A DNA stretch of 58,947 bases from Gemmatimonadota bacterium (GCA_038128265.1 JAYPJE010000022.1:1-58947), one strand, 5' to 3'; shown: positions 1 to 10,467, counted from the first letter of the stretch. Numbers and translations: made by a program. Notes: generated by a model not told the origin, from the letters alone.

Positions 1-82
1 ATTTCTGCTGCGCTACGACGGCCCGCTCGACCTTGAGGTCGAATCGATGACCCTGTTTCGCGATACCTATGAGGGAATGTGA
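1..82 (+). CDS. 3' end of a gene entering from outside the window (unknown product)
   Basis: Frame starting at nt 2 is open from the window edge (FLLRYDGPLDLEVESMTLFRDTYEGM) to TGA at 80-82, immediately before the dipeptidase GTG. Confidence 0.5.
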   Translation, partial: FLLRYDGPLDLEVESMTLFRDTYEGM

Positions 83-83
83 C

Positions 84-1103
84 GTGGATACGGCTCTGCA
101 CGAACGCGCGCTCGTTATCGACGGGCACAACGACAGCATCGTCGCCCTTATTCGCCGCGGCAACCTGCGTCTGGACGGCACCCAACCGGCCGACTGGCGC
201 CAGCGCGCCGGAGCGGTTGCCTACCTGCGCCAGTACCAGACGCCGATGGGCGACGAGGCGATTCAGCTCGATCTGCCCAGCATGCAAGCGGGCGGTTTGG
301 ACGCCGCCTTTTTCGCCGTCGACTGCACCCGCCCCTGGGGCAACCATCTGCTCTACGGCTTAGACGCGCTCGGCTATTTTATTCGCGAATTGGAAACTTT
401 TAGCAGCGAAATCGTTCTCGCGCGCTCGGCCGATGACATCATAGCGGCAAAAGAGGCGGGCAAGCGCGCGGCCGTGCTGGCCATTGAAAACAGCGATGCG
501 CTGGAAAAGAGCCCCTATGTGCTGCCGCTCCTGCATCAAATCGGCGTGCGCAGCGTGACGCTGACGCACAGCACGCGCTCTTTTGCCGCCGACGGCTGCG
601 AGGTCGAGGGCGGAGGAGGACTGACCGATTTCGGGCAGCTATTGATTGAGCAAATGAACGAGTTGGGCGTGCTCGTCGATATATCACATATCAACGAGCG
701 CGGTTTTTGGGATGCCATTGAACGCAGCCAGCACCCCGTAATTGGCACGCACAACTGCTGCCGTGCGCTGTGCGACCACCCGCGCAACCTGCGCGACGAG
801 CAGCTCAAAGCCCTGGCCGAACAGGGCGGCGTCGTCGGCATTACGTTTGTGCCGTTCTTTGTCGCCGAGAGCGAACCGACGCTGGAAAAACTCCTCGACC
901 ACATCGAACACGCCATCGCTGTTGCCGGCATCGACCACGTGGGGCTCGGTTCGGACTTTGACGGCGGCGGCGACCTGGTAAAGGACGCTACCGCACTGCC
1001 CGTAATCACCGACGGCCTAGCCGCGCGCGGCTACGATGAGGCGTCTCTGGAGAAGTTCTTAGGGCTCAACTGGCTGCGCGCCTTCCGCGCCGTCGCCGGT
1101 TAG
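84..1103 (+). CDS. Membrane dipeptidase (peptidase M19, amidohydrolase fold)
   Basis: Motifs IDGHND, LAIENS, VDISH, HPRNL.DEQL, DHVGLGSDFDG. GTG at 84 follows GAGGGA; ATG at 69 is the alternative start. Confidence 0.92.
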   Translation: MDTALHERALVIDGHNDSIVALIRRGNLRLDGTQPADWRQRAGAVAYLRQYQTPMGDEAIQLDLPSMQAGGLDAAFFAVDCTRPWGNHLLYGLDALGYFIRELETFSSEIVLARSADDIIAAKEAGKRAAVLAIENSDALEKSPYVLPLLHQIGVRSVTLTHSTRSFAADGCEVEGGGGLTDFGQLLIEQMNELGVLVDISHINERGFWDAIERSQHPVIGTHNCCRALCDHPRNLRDEQLKALAEQGGVVGITFVPFFVAESEPTLEKLLDHIEHAIAVAGIDHVGLGSDFDGGGDLVKDATALPVITDGLAARGYDEASLEKFLGLNWLRAFRAVAG

Positions 1104-2596
1104 TCCATATCGTAGAGCGGCGCAAACTTCGCGTGTAGATAGTCGACAAAGTACTGCGCCGAAAGCGGTGCCCCCGTCACGTCCTGCACGAGCTCAGCGG
1201 CCGTCAGGCGCGCTCCGCGCCCGTGCACCTTTTCATTGAGCCATCCCTTCAGGCCCAATAGCTGACCAGCGCCAATCTGATCCATTAGGTCGGGCATATC
1301 CTGCTGCGCCCGATGAAAAAACTGCGCCGCGTAGAGGTTGCCCAGCGAATAGGTCGAGAAGTAACCGATGCCGCCAAAGGACCAGTGCACGTCCTGCAGC
1401 ACGCCCTGCGCATCGTCGGGCGGCGTTATCCCCAAGTATTCCTGCATTTTGGCATTCCACACGTCCGGCAGTTCACCGACCCCCAGGCGCCCTTCCACCA
1501 GACCCACTTCAATCTCAAAACGCAGCGCGATGTGCAGGTTATAGGTAACCTCGTCTGCTTCCACGCGAATAAACGATGGTTCGACCTGGTTGATCGCCGC
1601 GTAGAATCGGTCGATATCGACGTCGTCGATCACGCCGGGAAATGCCGCCTGCAAGAGAGGAAAGTAGTGCTGCCAAAACGGCCGGCTGCGCCCGATCATA
1701 TTTTCCCACATGCGCGACTGCGATTCGTGGATACCCAAAGACACGCTCTGGCCGGCCGGCACACCTTTGGCATCCTCCGGCAATCCCTGCTCGTAGAGCC
1801 CGTGTCCGGCCTCGTGAATGGAGCCAAACAGCGAGCCGGGCATCCAGTCGGCCGCATAGCGCGTCGTCAGGCGCACATCGTCGCGCGAAGTGCCCGAGCA
1901 GAACGGATGCACCGCTACGTCCAGCCGCCCCGCCTCCATATCAAAGCCCATATCGGCGATCACCCGGCGACCGAACTGTTCCTGCACGCCCACGTCAAAG
2001 GCGCGCGTTAGCAATCCATCAGCCGGACGCTTTCCCGTAGCGGTAATCGCCTCGACCAGCGGCACGAGTTGGGTGCGCAGATCGGCAAAGAGCACGGCTA
2101 TCTCCTCCGTCTTCGCGTAGGGCTCATACTCGTCCAACAGCGCATTGTACATCGACCCTTCGTAGCCAACCAAATCGGCGACCTGGCGCTTCTGATCGAG
2201 GATTTTCTCCAACCAAGGCTGAAAAATTGAAAAGTCCGCTTTCTCTCGCGCCTCGACCCAGGCTTCGTGCGCCAGCGAAGCGGTCTGCGTCATTTCCACA
2301 ACCAAATCGCCGGGAATCTTGAGCGCGCGCTCCTGCTCGCGCGCCGTTTCGCGCACGTTGACCGCCGCATCGCCTGCCAAGTCGCTCGCCTGCAGATCGC
2401 GCACCAGGCCAACCAACGATTCGTCGGTTAGGCGTTCGTGCGCCAAGCCGGCCAGCGTGCCCTGCGCGCGCGCGCGCAGCTCGGTACCCTTAGGCGGCAT
2501 ATAGGTCTCCTGGTCCCAGCTCAGCAGCGACTGCGCGTGATCCAAATCGGCCAACTGCTGTATCCGCCCCAAAAATGTCTCGTATGCCTGGCTCAT
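1100..2596 (-). CDS. Carboxypeptidase M32 (Taq-type metallocarboxypeptidase)
   Basis: WDQETYMP, HPFC, DVRLTTRY, HEAGH, HESQSRMWEN, IRVEADEVTYNLH, LQDVHW motifs. Confidence 0.95.
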   Translation of the reverse strand: MSQAYETFLGRIQQLADLDHAQSLLSWDQETYMPPKGTELRARAQGTLAGLAHERLTDESLVGLVRDLQASDLAGDAAVNVRETAREQERALKIPGDLVVEMTQTASLAHEAWVEAREKADFSIFQPWLEKILDQKRQVADLVGYEGSMYNALLDEYEPYAKTEEIAVLFADLRTQLVPLVEAITATGKRPADGLLTRAFDVGVQEQFGRRVIADMGFDMEAGRLDVAVHPFCSGTSRDDVRLTTRYAADWMPGSLFGSIHEAGHGLYEQGLPEDAKGVPAGQSVSLGIHESQSRMWENMIGRSRPFWQHYFPLLQAAFPGVIDDVDIDRFYAAINQVEPSFIRVEADEVTYNLHIALRFEIEVGLVEGRLGVGELPDVWNAKMQEYLGITPPDDAQGVLQDVHWSFGGIGYFSTYSLGNLYAAQFFHRAQQDMPDLMDQIGAGQLLGLKGWLNEKVHGRGARLTAAELVQDVTGAPLSAQYFVDYLHAKFAPLYDMD

Positions 2597-2679
2597 TTCG
2601 CCCCTTCTCTAACTTCGTTAGATTGTGTGTCGATAGCTCGCAATAGACCGCCCCTCATCCCCCCGTTGGAGGTGATTTC

Positions 2680-3915
2680 ATGAAGATTATACGCGCAGAG
2701 CGCATCGCGCTCAACATCCCCTTTTACGCCGCGCGCGTTACGCGCGCCATGCACCGCGCCCAGACGCACGACGAACGCGTCCTAGTCTACCGGCTGGAGA
2801 CCGACAGCGGACTGGTCGGCTGGGGTGACTCCACCAGCGGCCCCTCCGACGTCGATTCGCTGGTTGGCCAGAACCCGGCCGCTATCATGATGCACGACGA
2901 CCTTGGGTTTGGCCCACAGGTAGCGTGCTTAGATTTAGTCGGCAAAGCCAATGACGTGCCCGTACACGCCCTGCTCGGTCAGCAGGTGCGGCAGCGTTGT
3001 CCAATCTCCTGGTGGGATATCGACATGCCGGCCGCCGACTGGGCCGCCGAAGCCAAAGAATCCATCAAGCGGGGCTATACGACCTTCAAGATGAAGGCCC
3101 GCCCCTGGCGCGACATCATCGCGCAGACGGACGCCGTCGCCAAAGTGGTTCCGGCCGACTACCAATTCGACGTCGACTTTAACGGATTTCTACTCAATCA
3201 GGCAAGGGCTGAAATCATTTTACAGCAGCTCGACGAAAACGCGAACGTGGGCATCTACGAAAGTCCGTTCTACCTGCACCGCGATGTCGACGGCGCGCGC
3301 ATTCTGCGCGAGCGCGTGCGCAAACCCATCGTCGAGCACTTTCAGGAACAGTATCTGCGCAACGACTGCAGCGACGGTTTTGTCATCGGCAGCGGCACCA
3401 GCGCCACGCTCTATCACGGCGCGCTGGCAGCCAACCAGAACAAGCCGTTCTGGCTGCAGCTAGTCGGCACCGGCATCACGACCGCCTACGCCGCCCACCT
3501 AGGCTCCGTGCTGTCGCACGCCCAGCTGCCCTACATAACCTGCTGGGAGCTGTGGCAGAGCACGTTGCTCAAAGGGGGCCTCGACGTGGTCGACGGCTAC
3601 ATGAGGGTGCCCGATGCACCAGGTCTGGGCATTGACGTCGATGAGAAGGCGATTGAGAAATACCGCGTCGACGAGAGCGAGCCCACACCGAAGCAGCGCT
3701 ATCGCCAGAAAAAGCGCATACTGCGCATCACCTGGCCCGGCGTAGGACGACAAAAGCGAATTTGGGAGTTCACCGACGAGGCGCACTACCAGCGCGAATT
3801 CTACGCCGGCAATATCCCCGGATTCGTGCGCGGCGTCGACCTAGAAGTAATCGAAGAGCGCGCAGGTGCAGCATTTAACAAGCGCCATGCCGAACTCGCT
3901 GCGAAGGGACTCTAA
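2680..3915 (+). CDS. Mandelate racemase/muconate lactonizing enzyme family protein (enolase superfamily)
   Basis: N-terminal capping domain (LETDSGLVGWG, DLVGK..VPVHALLG), KxK motif (FKMKA), acidic metal ligands (DFN, ESP, EH), VPDAPGLGIDVDE; SD GGAGGT upstream. Confidence 0.85.
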   Translation: MKIIRAERIALNIPFYAARVTRAMHRAQTHDERVLVYRLETDSGLVGWGDSTSGPSDVDSLVGQNPAAIMMHDDLGFGPQVACLDLVGKANDVPVHALLGQQVRQRCPISWWDIDMPAADWAAEAKESIKRGYTTFKMKARPWRDIIAQTDAVAKVVPADYQFDVDFNGFLLNQARAEIILQQLDENANVGIYESPFYLHRDVDGARILRERVRKPIVEHFQEQYLRNDCSDGFVIGSGTSATLYHGALAANQNKPFWLQLVGTGITTAYAAHLGSVLSHAQLPYITCWELWQSTLLKGGLDVVDGYMRVPDAPGLGIDVDEKAIEKYRVDESEPTPKQRYRQKKRILRITWPGVGRQKRIWEFTDEAHYQREFYAGNIPGFVRGVDLEVIEERAGAAFNKRHAELAAKGL

Positions 3916-3930
3916 ACAGCGTCATTTTCC

Positions 3931-3980
3931 CGCCCAGCGGTGCGGTCAGCTGTCTATAGCAGGCTCCGCACCGCTGGGCG
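3931..3980. terminator. Perfect 15-bp inverted repeat between convergent genes (possible bidirectional terminator or REP-like hairpin)
   Basis: CGCCCAGCGGTGCGG (3931-3945) pairs with CCGCACCGCTGGGCG (3966-3980), 20-nt loop; no clear U-tract on either strand. Confidence 0.55.
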
Positions 3981-3995
3981 ACGAAGATACATCCC

Positions 3996-5006
3996 CTAGC
4001 CTTTCTGCGCGGCGATGTCTGCGTAGTCGGTCAGCTTATAGCCAATGCCGACGTAGTCGAGCAAGTTGAGCAGCGCGCGCAGGGCAACGCCAAACCCATC
4101 CACTCCGCTAACGCCGCCAAACTGCCCCCCGCCTTTCAAGTGGGGTTCGAGATCCAGGAATACCCCCGGAATACCGCCCTTCTTGAGCCTGCGCTCCAGC
4201 GCCGGAATCCGCTTTTTGAAATCGCGCAGAATCTCTTCGTGCCCCGAATCACCCTCATCGGCCGGCACGAAATTTTTCAACCGTTCCTCGTCGACGTGTC
4301 CCTGCCACTTGAGTTTGGGATCGATTTTATAGTCCTTGATGTGCATCCAACCGATACCCGAGCGCATAGCGCGGTACTCGCCAACCGTCTCCACCGCCGT
4401 CAAGTTCTGACTGGCCAAATTGCCGCCGTCAAAGATCAGGTAGAGGCGCGGATGGTTGACCATTTTGTGCAGCTGGCGCAGCAGCTGTCCGTTCTGACCG
4501 ATTAAGTTGGCCTCCACTTCCAGTCCAAAATACACATCCCCTCTCTGGCACTCCTCGCAAATGGCGTGCAGACGCTCGGCGGCCTGCTCGACGTGCCCCT
4601 CAGGCGCCGTGCCGCGCGGATGGTAGAACGAGAAACCGCGAATCAGGCGCGTTTCTAATTCTCCCGCCAAATCCACAGCGCGCCGCACGTCGTTTTTCAG
4701 ATAGCGGGCAAAAGGTACAAAGGCGTTGCCCGAACCATCTTCTACATCGAGGAGCTTAACCTTGCCAATGGGCGATCCCAGCGAAGAGACCCGTATGCCG
4801 AATGCACCGTGCAGCGCGCGCAGGCGCCGCACTTCGGTCCGATTGAGCTGCATGGCATTTTTCACCCCACCCCCTACGTCGACAAAGCGCACGCTGTAGT
4901 AGCCCATGCCCAGGGCTGCCAGCATGGTCAACTGCGATTCGGCTTTCTTATCAACCGGTCCTTCGTCGGCAAATCCGCTGATTATCACTTCCGCATTAGC
5001 GCCCAT
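3996..5006 (-). CDS. Sugar phosphate isomerase/epimerase (xylose isomerase-like TIM barrel)
   Basis: ISGFADE start, SSLGSPIGK, IRGFSFY, GLEVE, LIFDGGN, MHIKD, LEPHL metal-binding pattern. Confidence 0.82.
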   Translation of the reverse strand: MGANAEVIISGFADEGPVDKKAESQLTMLAALGMGYYSVRFVDVGGGVKNAMQLNRTEVRRLRALHGAFGIRVSSLGSPIGKVKLLDVEDGSGNAFVPFARYLKNDVRRAVDLAGELETRLIRGFSFYHPRGTAPEGHVEQAAERLHAICEECQRGDVYFGLEVEANLIGQNGQLLRQLHKMVNHPRLYLIFDGGNLASQNLTAVETVGEYRAMRSGIGWMHIKDYKIDPKLKWQGHVDEERLKNFVPADEGDSGHEEILRDFKKRIPALERRLKKGGIPGVFLDLEPHLKGGGQFGGVSGVDGFGVALRALLNLLDYVGIGYKLTDYADIAAQKG

Positions 5007-5166
5007 ATACCCTCCAGTTTCGTCGCTATTAAAACTGAGCTAAGTATAGTATTTGTTAAACTTTTCGCAAATTTTACCACCTTGACAAAACCGCCCATGG
5101 GAAAGTTCTTATACTCCATCTCGCACCCCCGCCTACAGCCCGAAACGCCCTACACAGAGGATCCGG

Positions 5167-7716
5167 ATGAAACCAATACACCGGCTCAATATTCTGCCAT
5201 CTCTTCCCGAAAAAATTGCCCCCCTGTGGGACTTGGCCCACAACCTGTGGTGGACCTGGAGTGCACAGACAATTCGCGCCCTGCAGCAAATAGATCCCGA
5301 TACGTGGATTGCCAGCGGCCGCGACCCGCGGCGCTTTCTGTCCAGCCTGACCAACGAGCAGCTGAGCACCATTCTCGAAGACGAGACGATTAGCGCCCAT
5401 ATTGGCCAGGTGCTCGAAGAGTACGAGCAGTATCGAACAGGACCAGCCTGGTTTGCCGAACAGCACGGCGACAGCACCATGCAGGTGGCCTACTTTTCTG
5501 CCGAGTTCGGACTCAGCGAGGGCCTGCGCATTTACTCGGGTGGCCTCGGCGTGCTGGCCGGCGACCACCTAAAGGCAGCCAGCGACCTCGGCCTACCGCT
5601 GGTAGGCATCGGTCTCCTCTACCGAGAGGGCTATTTTCGCCAAGCGCTCAATGCCGACGGCTGGCAAATGGAGCGCTACCCGGAAAACGACTTTTACCAG
5701 ATGCCGATTGAGCCGATCCACGGGGAAGGCGATGCGCCCCTGCACGTCGACGTGCCCTTTGCCCACGGCACCGTGCGCGCGCGCCTGTGGAAGGCGCAGG
5801 TCGGCCGCATACCCCTCTACCTGCTCGATGCCAATGTCCCGGAAAATAGCCCGGCCGACCGCGACATCACGGCGCGCCTGTACGGGGGCGATAAGTCCAT
5901 GCGCATTCGCCAGGAAATTTTTCTCGGCATCGGCGGACTGAAAGCGCTGTGGGCCATCGGGATCCAGCCTTCGGTCTGTCACATGAACGAGGGCCACTCG
6001 GCCTTCCTGGCACTGGAACGCATTCGTCGCCTCATGCACGAGGAAAACCTATCGTTTGCCGCCGCGCGCGAAGCCAGCGCCGTCGGCAATGTGTTTACTA
6101 CCCATACCCCAGTGGCGGCGGGCAACGATTGGTTCGACGCCGATCTCGTCGAATCGCACCTGCACCCCCTGCGCGAAGAGCTGGGGCTCTCGCGCGAAGA
6201 ATTCCTCGGGCTCGGCCGACTCGACCCCAACGATCACCAGTCCGATTTCTGCATGACCGTTCTCGCCCTGCGCCTGTCGGCCCAGGCAAACGGCGTCAGT
6301 CGACTGCACGGCAGCGTCAGCCGTCAAATGTGGCAGGGCATGTGGCCCGACTTCGACCCTGCCGAGGTGCCTATCGGCTCGATCACTAACGGCGTGCACA
6401 TGCCGACGTGGACTTCACTCGACATGGCCGACCTCTTTGACAAGCACCTGGGCAGCCACTGGCGCAGCGACCAGCAGGAACCAGCCGTTTGGCGTCGCGT
6501 GCACGACATACCCGACGACGAGCTATGGAATACGCACCAGCACCGCCGACAGCGCCTGATTGACTTTGCCCGTTTTCACCTGCACAACCAGTACAGCCGC
6601 CAGGGCGCGGCGCCAGCCAAGATAGAGCAGCATCTGGACCAGCTGAATCCCCACGCGCTCACCATTGGCTTTGCGCGGCGCTTTGCCACCTACAAACGCG
6701 GCACCCTGCTGTTCCGCAATATAGAGCGACTGGCCGCACTCTTTGCCGACGGCGATCGGCCGCTGCAGATCATCTTCTCCGGCAAGGCCCATCCGCAGGA
6801 CACGCCGGGCAAGGAGCTTATTCGCGATATCGTTCACCTGGCCCGTCAAGAACCCTTTAACGGCCGCGTGTTCTTTTTGCAGGACTACGATATGAACGTA
6901 GCCCGCTACCTAGTACAGGGCTGCGACGTATGGCTCAACAACCCGCGCCGCCCGATGGAAGCGAGCGGCACGTCCGGCATGAAAGCCGCGTTGAACGGCG
7001 TGCTCAACGTCAGCGTGCTCGATGGCTGGTGGGACGAAGCCTGCGAAATGCATTCGGGGTGGACGATCGGTTTGGGCGAAGACTACGAAGACGAGATGTA
7101 CCAGGACGAGGTCGAATCCAACGCGCTGTACGATCTACTCGAAACGGAAGTGATTCCACTCTTTTACCAGCGCGATGAGCGGGGCCTGCCGCGCTCCTGG
7201 ATTGCGCGCATGAAAGAGACCATTGCCACCCTGGCGCCCTATTTTAACACCCAGCGGATGGTGCGCGAATACGCCGAGCGCATCTACATGCCCACCCACG
7301 CGCGCTGGCAGCTATTCCACGGGCAGCGGGAACGCGTCGAGGAGTTGACCCACTGGAAATCGCACGTGCGCTCAAAGTGGTCTCAGGTGCATATTCTCCA
7401 CGTCGAAGGCGATTTTCCCAATCCGCTGAAAGTTGGCATGCAGGTGCCGATCAGCGCTTCGCTGGCCCTCGGCGACCTCTCGCCCGGCGACGTGCAGGTA
7501 GAGCTCTACGCGGGCCGACTCAATGCGCAGCAGGAATTTGTCGACGCACGAGCCCACCGCCTCGAGGCGCGCACGAGCGATGACGGAACCCACCTTTTTG
7601 AGGGACTGTTTACCTGCACAGAAGCCGGTTCGCACGGCTATACTCTGCGCGTCCTACCCTATCATCCGGATTTGCGCGATCCGCTAGAAACGGGGCTTAT
7701 TCACTGGGCGGAATAG
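5167..7716 (+). CDS. glgP: Alpha-glucan (glycogen/maltodextrin) phosphorylase
   Basis: YSGGLGVLAGDHLK, HMNEGH, FTTHTPV, GFARRFATYKR, and the PLP-lysine motif EASGTSGMKAALNG. Confidence 0.96.
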   Translation: MKPIHRLNILPSLPEKIAPLWDLAHNLWWTWSAQTIRALQQIDPDTWIASGRDPRRFLSSLTNEQLSTILEDETISAHIGQVLEEYEQYRTGPAWFAEQHGDSTMQVAYFSAEFGLSEGLRIYSGGLGVLAGDHLKAASDLGLPLVGIGLLYREGYFRQALNADGWQMERYPENDFYQMPIEPIHGEGDAPLHVDVPFAHGTVRARLWKAQVGRIPLYLLDANVPENSPADRDITARLYGGDKSMRIRQEIFLGIGGLKALWAIGIQPSVCHMNEGHSAFLALERIRRLMHEENLSFAAAREASAVGNVFTTHTPVAAGNDWFDADLVESHLHPLREELGLSREEFLGLGRLDPNDHQSDFCMTVLALRLSAQANGVSRLHGSVSRQMWQGMWPDFDPAEVPIGSITNGVHMPTWTSLDMADLFDKHLGSHWRSDQQEPAVWRRVHDIPDDELWNTHQHRRQRLIDFARFHLHNQYSRQGAAPAKIEQHLDQLNPHALTIGFARRFATYKRGTLLFRNIERLAALFADGDRPLQIIFSGKAHPQDTPGKELIRDIVHLARQEPFNGRVFFLQDYDMNVARYLVQGCDVWLNNPRRPMEASGTSGMKAALNGVLNVSVLDGWWDEACEMHSGWTIGLGEDYEDEMYQDEVESNALYDLLETEVIPLFYQRDERGLPRSWIARMKETIATLAPYFNTQRMVREYAERIYMPTHARWQLFHGQRERVEELTHWKSHVRSKWSQVHILHVEGDFPNPLKVGMQVPISASLALGDLSPGDVQVELYAGRLNAQQEFVDARAHRLEARTSDDGTHLFEGLFTCTEAGSHGYTLRVLPYHPDLRDPLETGLIHWAE

Positions 7717-7736
7717 GCGCGTAGAAAAGCTACAGT

Positions 7737-8345
7737 CTAGTACAGCACATCGAAGAGCGCGCGACCCGCTGTCATATCGCCCAGCGCACTGCGCAACGGG
7801 TCGACCGCCTCGACCTCGACGCGCACCTCCAGCACGACCGAAGCGGCGAACTCCTCCCGCTCGACGCAGGCGCCCATTTCCTCAATCCGCTTGCGGCAGG
7901 GCGCATAGCTTTCGTAGCTCAGGTCAATGCTCAGAAGCGCCGTCTCCACTTTCAGCTCGACGGGCAGGGCCGCCAGGGCCGCCTGAGCTGTTTCAGTATA
8001 GGCCCGCACTAGGCCACCCGTGCCCAATTTAGTGCCGCCAAAATAGCGCGTAGCAACGACGACGACATCGCCAATGTCGGCACCTTGGACAACCGCCAGC
8101 ATGGGGCGACCCGCCGTTCCCGAGGGCTCGCCGTCGTCGCTCATCCCGTGCGTAACCGTCGCACCGTAGCCTGCGGCAAAGGCATAGCAGTGGTGCGAGG
8201 CATCGCCGAAGCGCCCGCGCACATCGGCGATAAACACCTTGGCTTCGTCTACACTTGCCGCCGGACCAGCCGTGCCGATAAAGCGCGAGTTCTTAAAAAA
8301 TAGTTCGACTTCTGCCACACCAGTTGCAACCGGGTACCCCGCCAT
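7737..8345 (-). CDS. yigZ: YigZ/IMPACT family protein
   Basis: KNSRFIG, ASHHCYAF, SDDGEPSGTAGRPML, RYFGGTKLGTGGLVRAY. Confidence 0.93.
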   Translation of the reverse strand: MAGYPVATGVAEVELFFKNSRFIGTAGPAASVDEAKVFIADVRGRFGDASHHCYAFAAGYGATVTHGMSDDGEPSGTAGRPMLAVVQGADIGDVVVVATRYFGGTKLGTGGLVRAYTETAQAALAALPVELKVETALLSIDLSYESYAPCRKRIEEMGACVEREEFAASVVLEVRVEVEAVDPLRSALGDMTAGRALFDVLY

Positions 8346-8435
8346 ATATCCTCGCTCTAGTTCTCTCGCATGAGATGAGCGTTTAACTTATGTCTATCCA
8401 TAGCAGACGGCAAAGAAGCAGGAGGGAACCAACGG

Positions 8436-9356
8436 GTGATACCCGAGCACTGGCAGCAAGCACTCGATATGCGCAGAGCCCATTTTAGCATCGCCGAGTG
8501 GGATTCCCTGCGCCTGCTGCACAGCGAAGATGTGCACATTCGCTGCGACCGTTTGGGCCCCGTATGCTGGTTTTATTGCTATCGGCTACCAACCTCAGAG
8601 CACATCGCTGCAATGGCCGATTTCGCCGCGGCGGTGGATTCTCCGCACTGGTGTGCTCAGCGCATGCAGGACCGCGGACGCGACCCGCACTTGCGCTGGC
8701 AGCATTCGTCTGGCGCTCCCGAACAATGGACCGCCAGCGAGGGAGACCTGCGCTACTCTTTCCGCCGCGCGCAGGGCCTTTCCCCCGGCCTGTTCCTCGA
8801 CCAACGCGCCAACCGCCGCTGGCTGCGCGCACAGTCAGCGGGATGCCGGGTGCTCAACCTGTTTTCGTACACGGGCGGGTTCAGCCTCAACGCCGCGCGC
8901 GGCGGGGCCAGCCAGGTAGTCAGCGTCGACCTAAGCCGCACCTTTCTCGACTGGTCACGCACTAATTTTGCCTTGAACGGAATAGAGGCTGAAGCACACG
9001 AGTTTTGGGCCACCGACGCGCGCTATTTCCTGCGCGGCTGCGCCAAGCGCGGCCGGCGATTTGACATCGTTGTGTGCGATCCGCCCTCGTTTGCACGCGC
9101 TTCTCAGGGCGTATTCAGCCTTAAAAAAGACCTAGCGGATCTGCTGCGACAGATCGACGAGGTTCTGGAACCCGGCGGCCTCGTGCTACTGAGTACCAAC
9201 TATGAAAAGTGGGATCAGCGCACCTTTGTAGAGCGAGTGCACCAGGTGCTGCGCGAAGGGCACTACGAACCCGGCGGCCTGCCGGAACTCGACATCGACG
9301 TGGCAACCGACGATGTGAGCCATCGGCTAAAAGCCCTCGCCCTGCGCAAAGCATAA
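8436..9356 (+). CDS. Class I SAM-dependent RNA methyltransferase, RlmI/RlmK-like
   Basis: PGLFLDQRANR, VLNLFSYTGGFS, SVDLS, NFALNG, FDIVVCDPPSF. Start codon uncertain (GTG). Confidence 0.85.
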   Translation: MIPEHWQQALDMRRAHFSIAEWDSLRLLHSEDVHIRCDRLGPVCWFYCYRLPTSEHIAAMADFAAAVDSPHWCAQRMQDRGRDPHLRWQHSSGAPEQWTASEGDLRYSFRRAQGLSPGLFLDQRANRRWLRAQSAGCRVLNLFSYTGGFSLNAARGGASQVVSVDLSRTFLDWSRTNFALNGIEAEAHEFWATDARYFLRGCAKRGRRFDIVVCDPPSFARASQGVFSLKKDLADLLRQIDEVLEPGGLVLLSTNYEKWDQRTFVERVHQVLREGHYEPGGLPELDIDVATDDVSHRLKALALRKA

Positions 9357-9442
9357 GCGCGGCCGTTGGTCGGTAAGGGAAACTAGCACACACTTGCTTT
9401 CAACGGGCGATTTAAAGGGCACGGCCAGACTAGGTGGGTGGG

Positions 9443-10459
9443 TTACACGCCTTCTGCCGCCTCTACGGCCTTGCGTTCATCCTCGCGAAAGGTATTGACG
9501 GCCTGGCCCAACGCGCGCAGCAATTCCTCTACGCCGCGACCGCTTACAGCAGAAATCAGAAAGTGCGGCGCCGGATGGTCGGCCAGCGGATCGACAAAGC
9601 GGTCGGCGTCGATCAAGTCGGCCTTGGTATAGGCAATCCCCCACGGCTTGTCCAGCATTCCCGGTTCAAATTCGGCCAGTTCGTGGCGCAGCGCCTCCAG
9701 ATCCTCGCCGGGCGTTTCACTCGTGCAATCAATGGCAAATAGCAGCAGGCGCGTGCGCTCAATATGGCGCAGAAACCGCATCCCCAACCCCTTGCCTTCG
9801 TGCGCTCCGGCAATTAAACCGGGCAGATCCGCCATAACAAAGCTCTCGTAATCACCCCACTGCACAATGCCCAAATGGGGCTCGAGCGTGGTGAAGGGAT
9901 AGTCGGCTACTTTCGGCCGAGCGGCCGAAATGCGCGACAGCAAGGTCGACTTACCCGCATTGGGAAAACCGACCAATCCGACGTCGGCCAGCAGCTTCAA
10001 TTCGAGGCGCACGGCCACTTCCTCGCCGGGTAAACCGGGATCGGCGCGGCGCGGCGCCTGCACCCGCGGCGAAGCGAAGCGAGCATTGCCGCGGCCCCCG
10101 CGCCCCCCCTTTAGAAAGAGAAACGGCTCGTCGGCCACGACTAGGTCGCGTATCACCTGGCCATCCTGGGCCTTGAGTATGGTGCCCGGCGGCACGCGTA
10201 TGATGGCGTCTTCTCCGCGCGTACCGGTCTTGTTCTTGCCCTGTCCATGCTCTCCGCGACCCGCTTTGAGATGGTGGCGATAGCGCAGGTCGCGCAGCGT
10301 GCCTAGCTGCGGGTCAACGACAAACACGACATCGCCGCCGTCGCCGCCGTCACCCCCGTCCGGCCCGCCCCGCGGCACGTATTTTTCCCTGCGAAACGAG
10401 CAGCATCCGCTGCCTCCCGTACCCGACTCCACTACCATTTCCACTTCGTCAATGAGCAT
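9443..10459 (-). CDS. obg: GTPase ObgE/CgtA
   Basis: MLIDEV..GTGGSGCCSFRREKYVPRGGPDGGDGGDGG, LELKLLADVGLVGFPNAGKSTLL, DYPFTTL. Real start is ATG at 10459, not the 10705 ORF start. Confidence 0.97.
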   Translation of the reverse strand: MLIDEVEMVVESGTGGSGCCSFRREKYVPRGGPDGGDGGDGGDVVFVVDPQLGTLRDLRYRHHLKAGRGEHGQGKNKTGTRGEDAIIRVPPGTILKAQDGQVIRDLVVADEPFLFLKGGRGGRGNARFASPRVQAPRRADPGLPGEEVAVRLELKLLADVGLVGFPNAGKSTLLSRISAARPKVADYPFTTLEPHLGIVQWGDYESFVMADLPGLIAGAHEGKGLGMRFLRHIERTRLLLFAIDCTSETPGEDLEALRHELAEFEPGMLDKPWGIAYTKADLIDADRFVDPLADHPAPHFLISAVSGRGVEELLRALGQAVNTFREDERKAVEAAEGV

Positions 10460-10467
10460 CGCAGCCC

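Noticed and set aside
5082..5115. Sigma-70 promoter TTGACA...TATACT upstream of glgP
   Set aside because: The spacing is 22 nt rather than 16-18, so the two hexamers cannot be called as one promoter.
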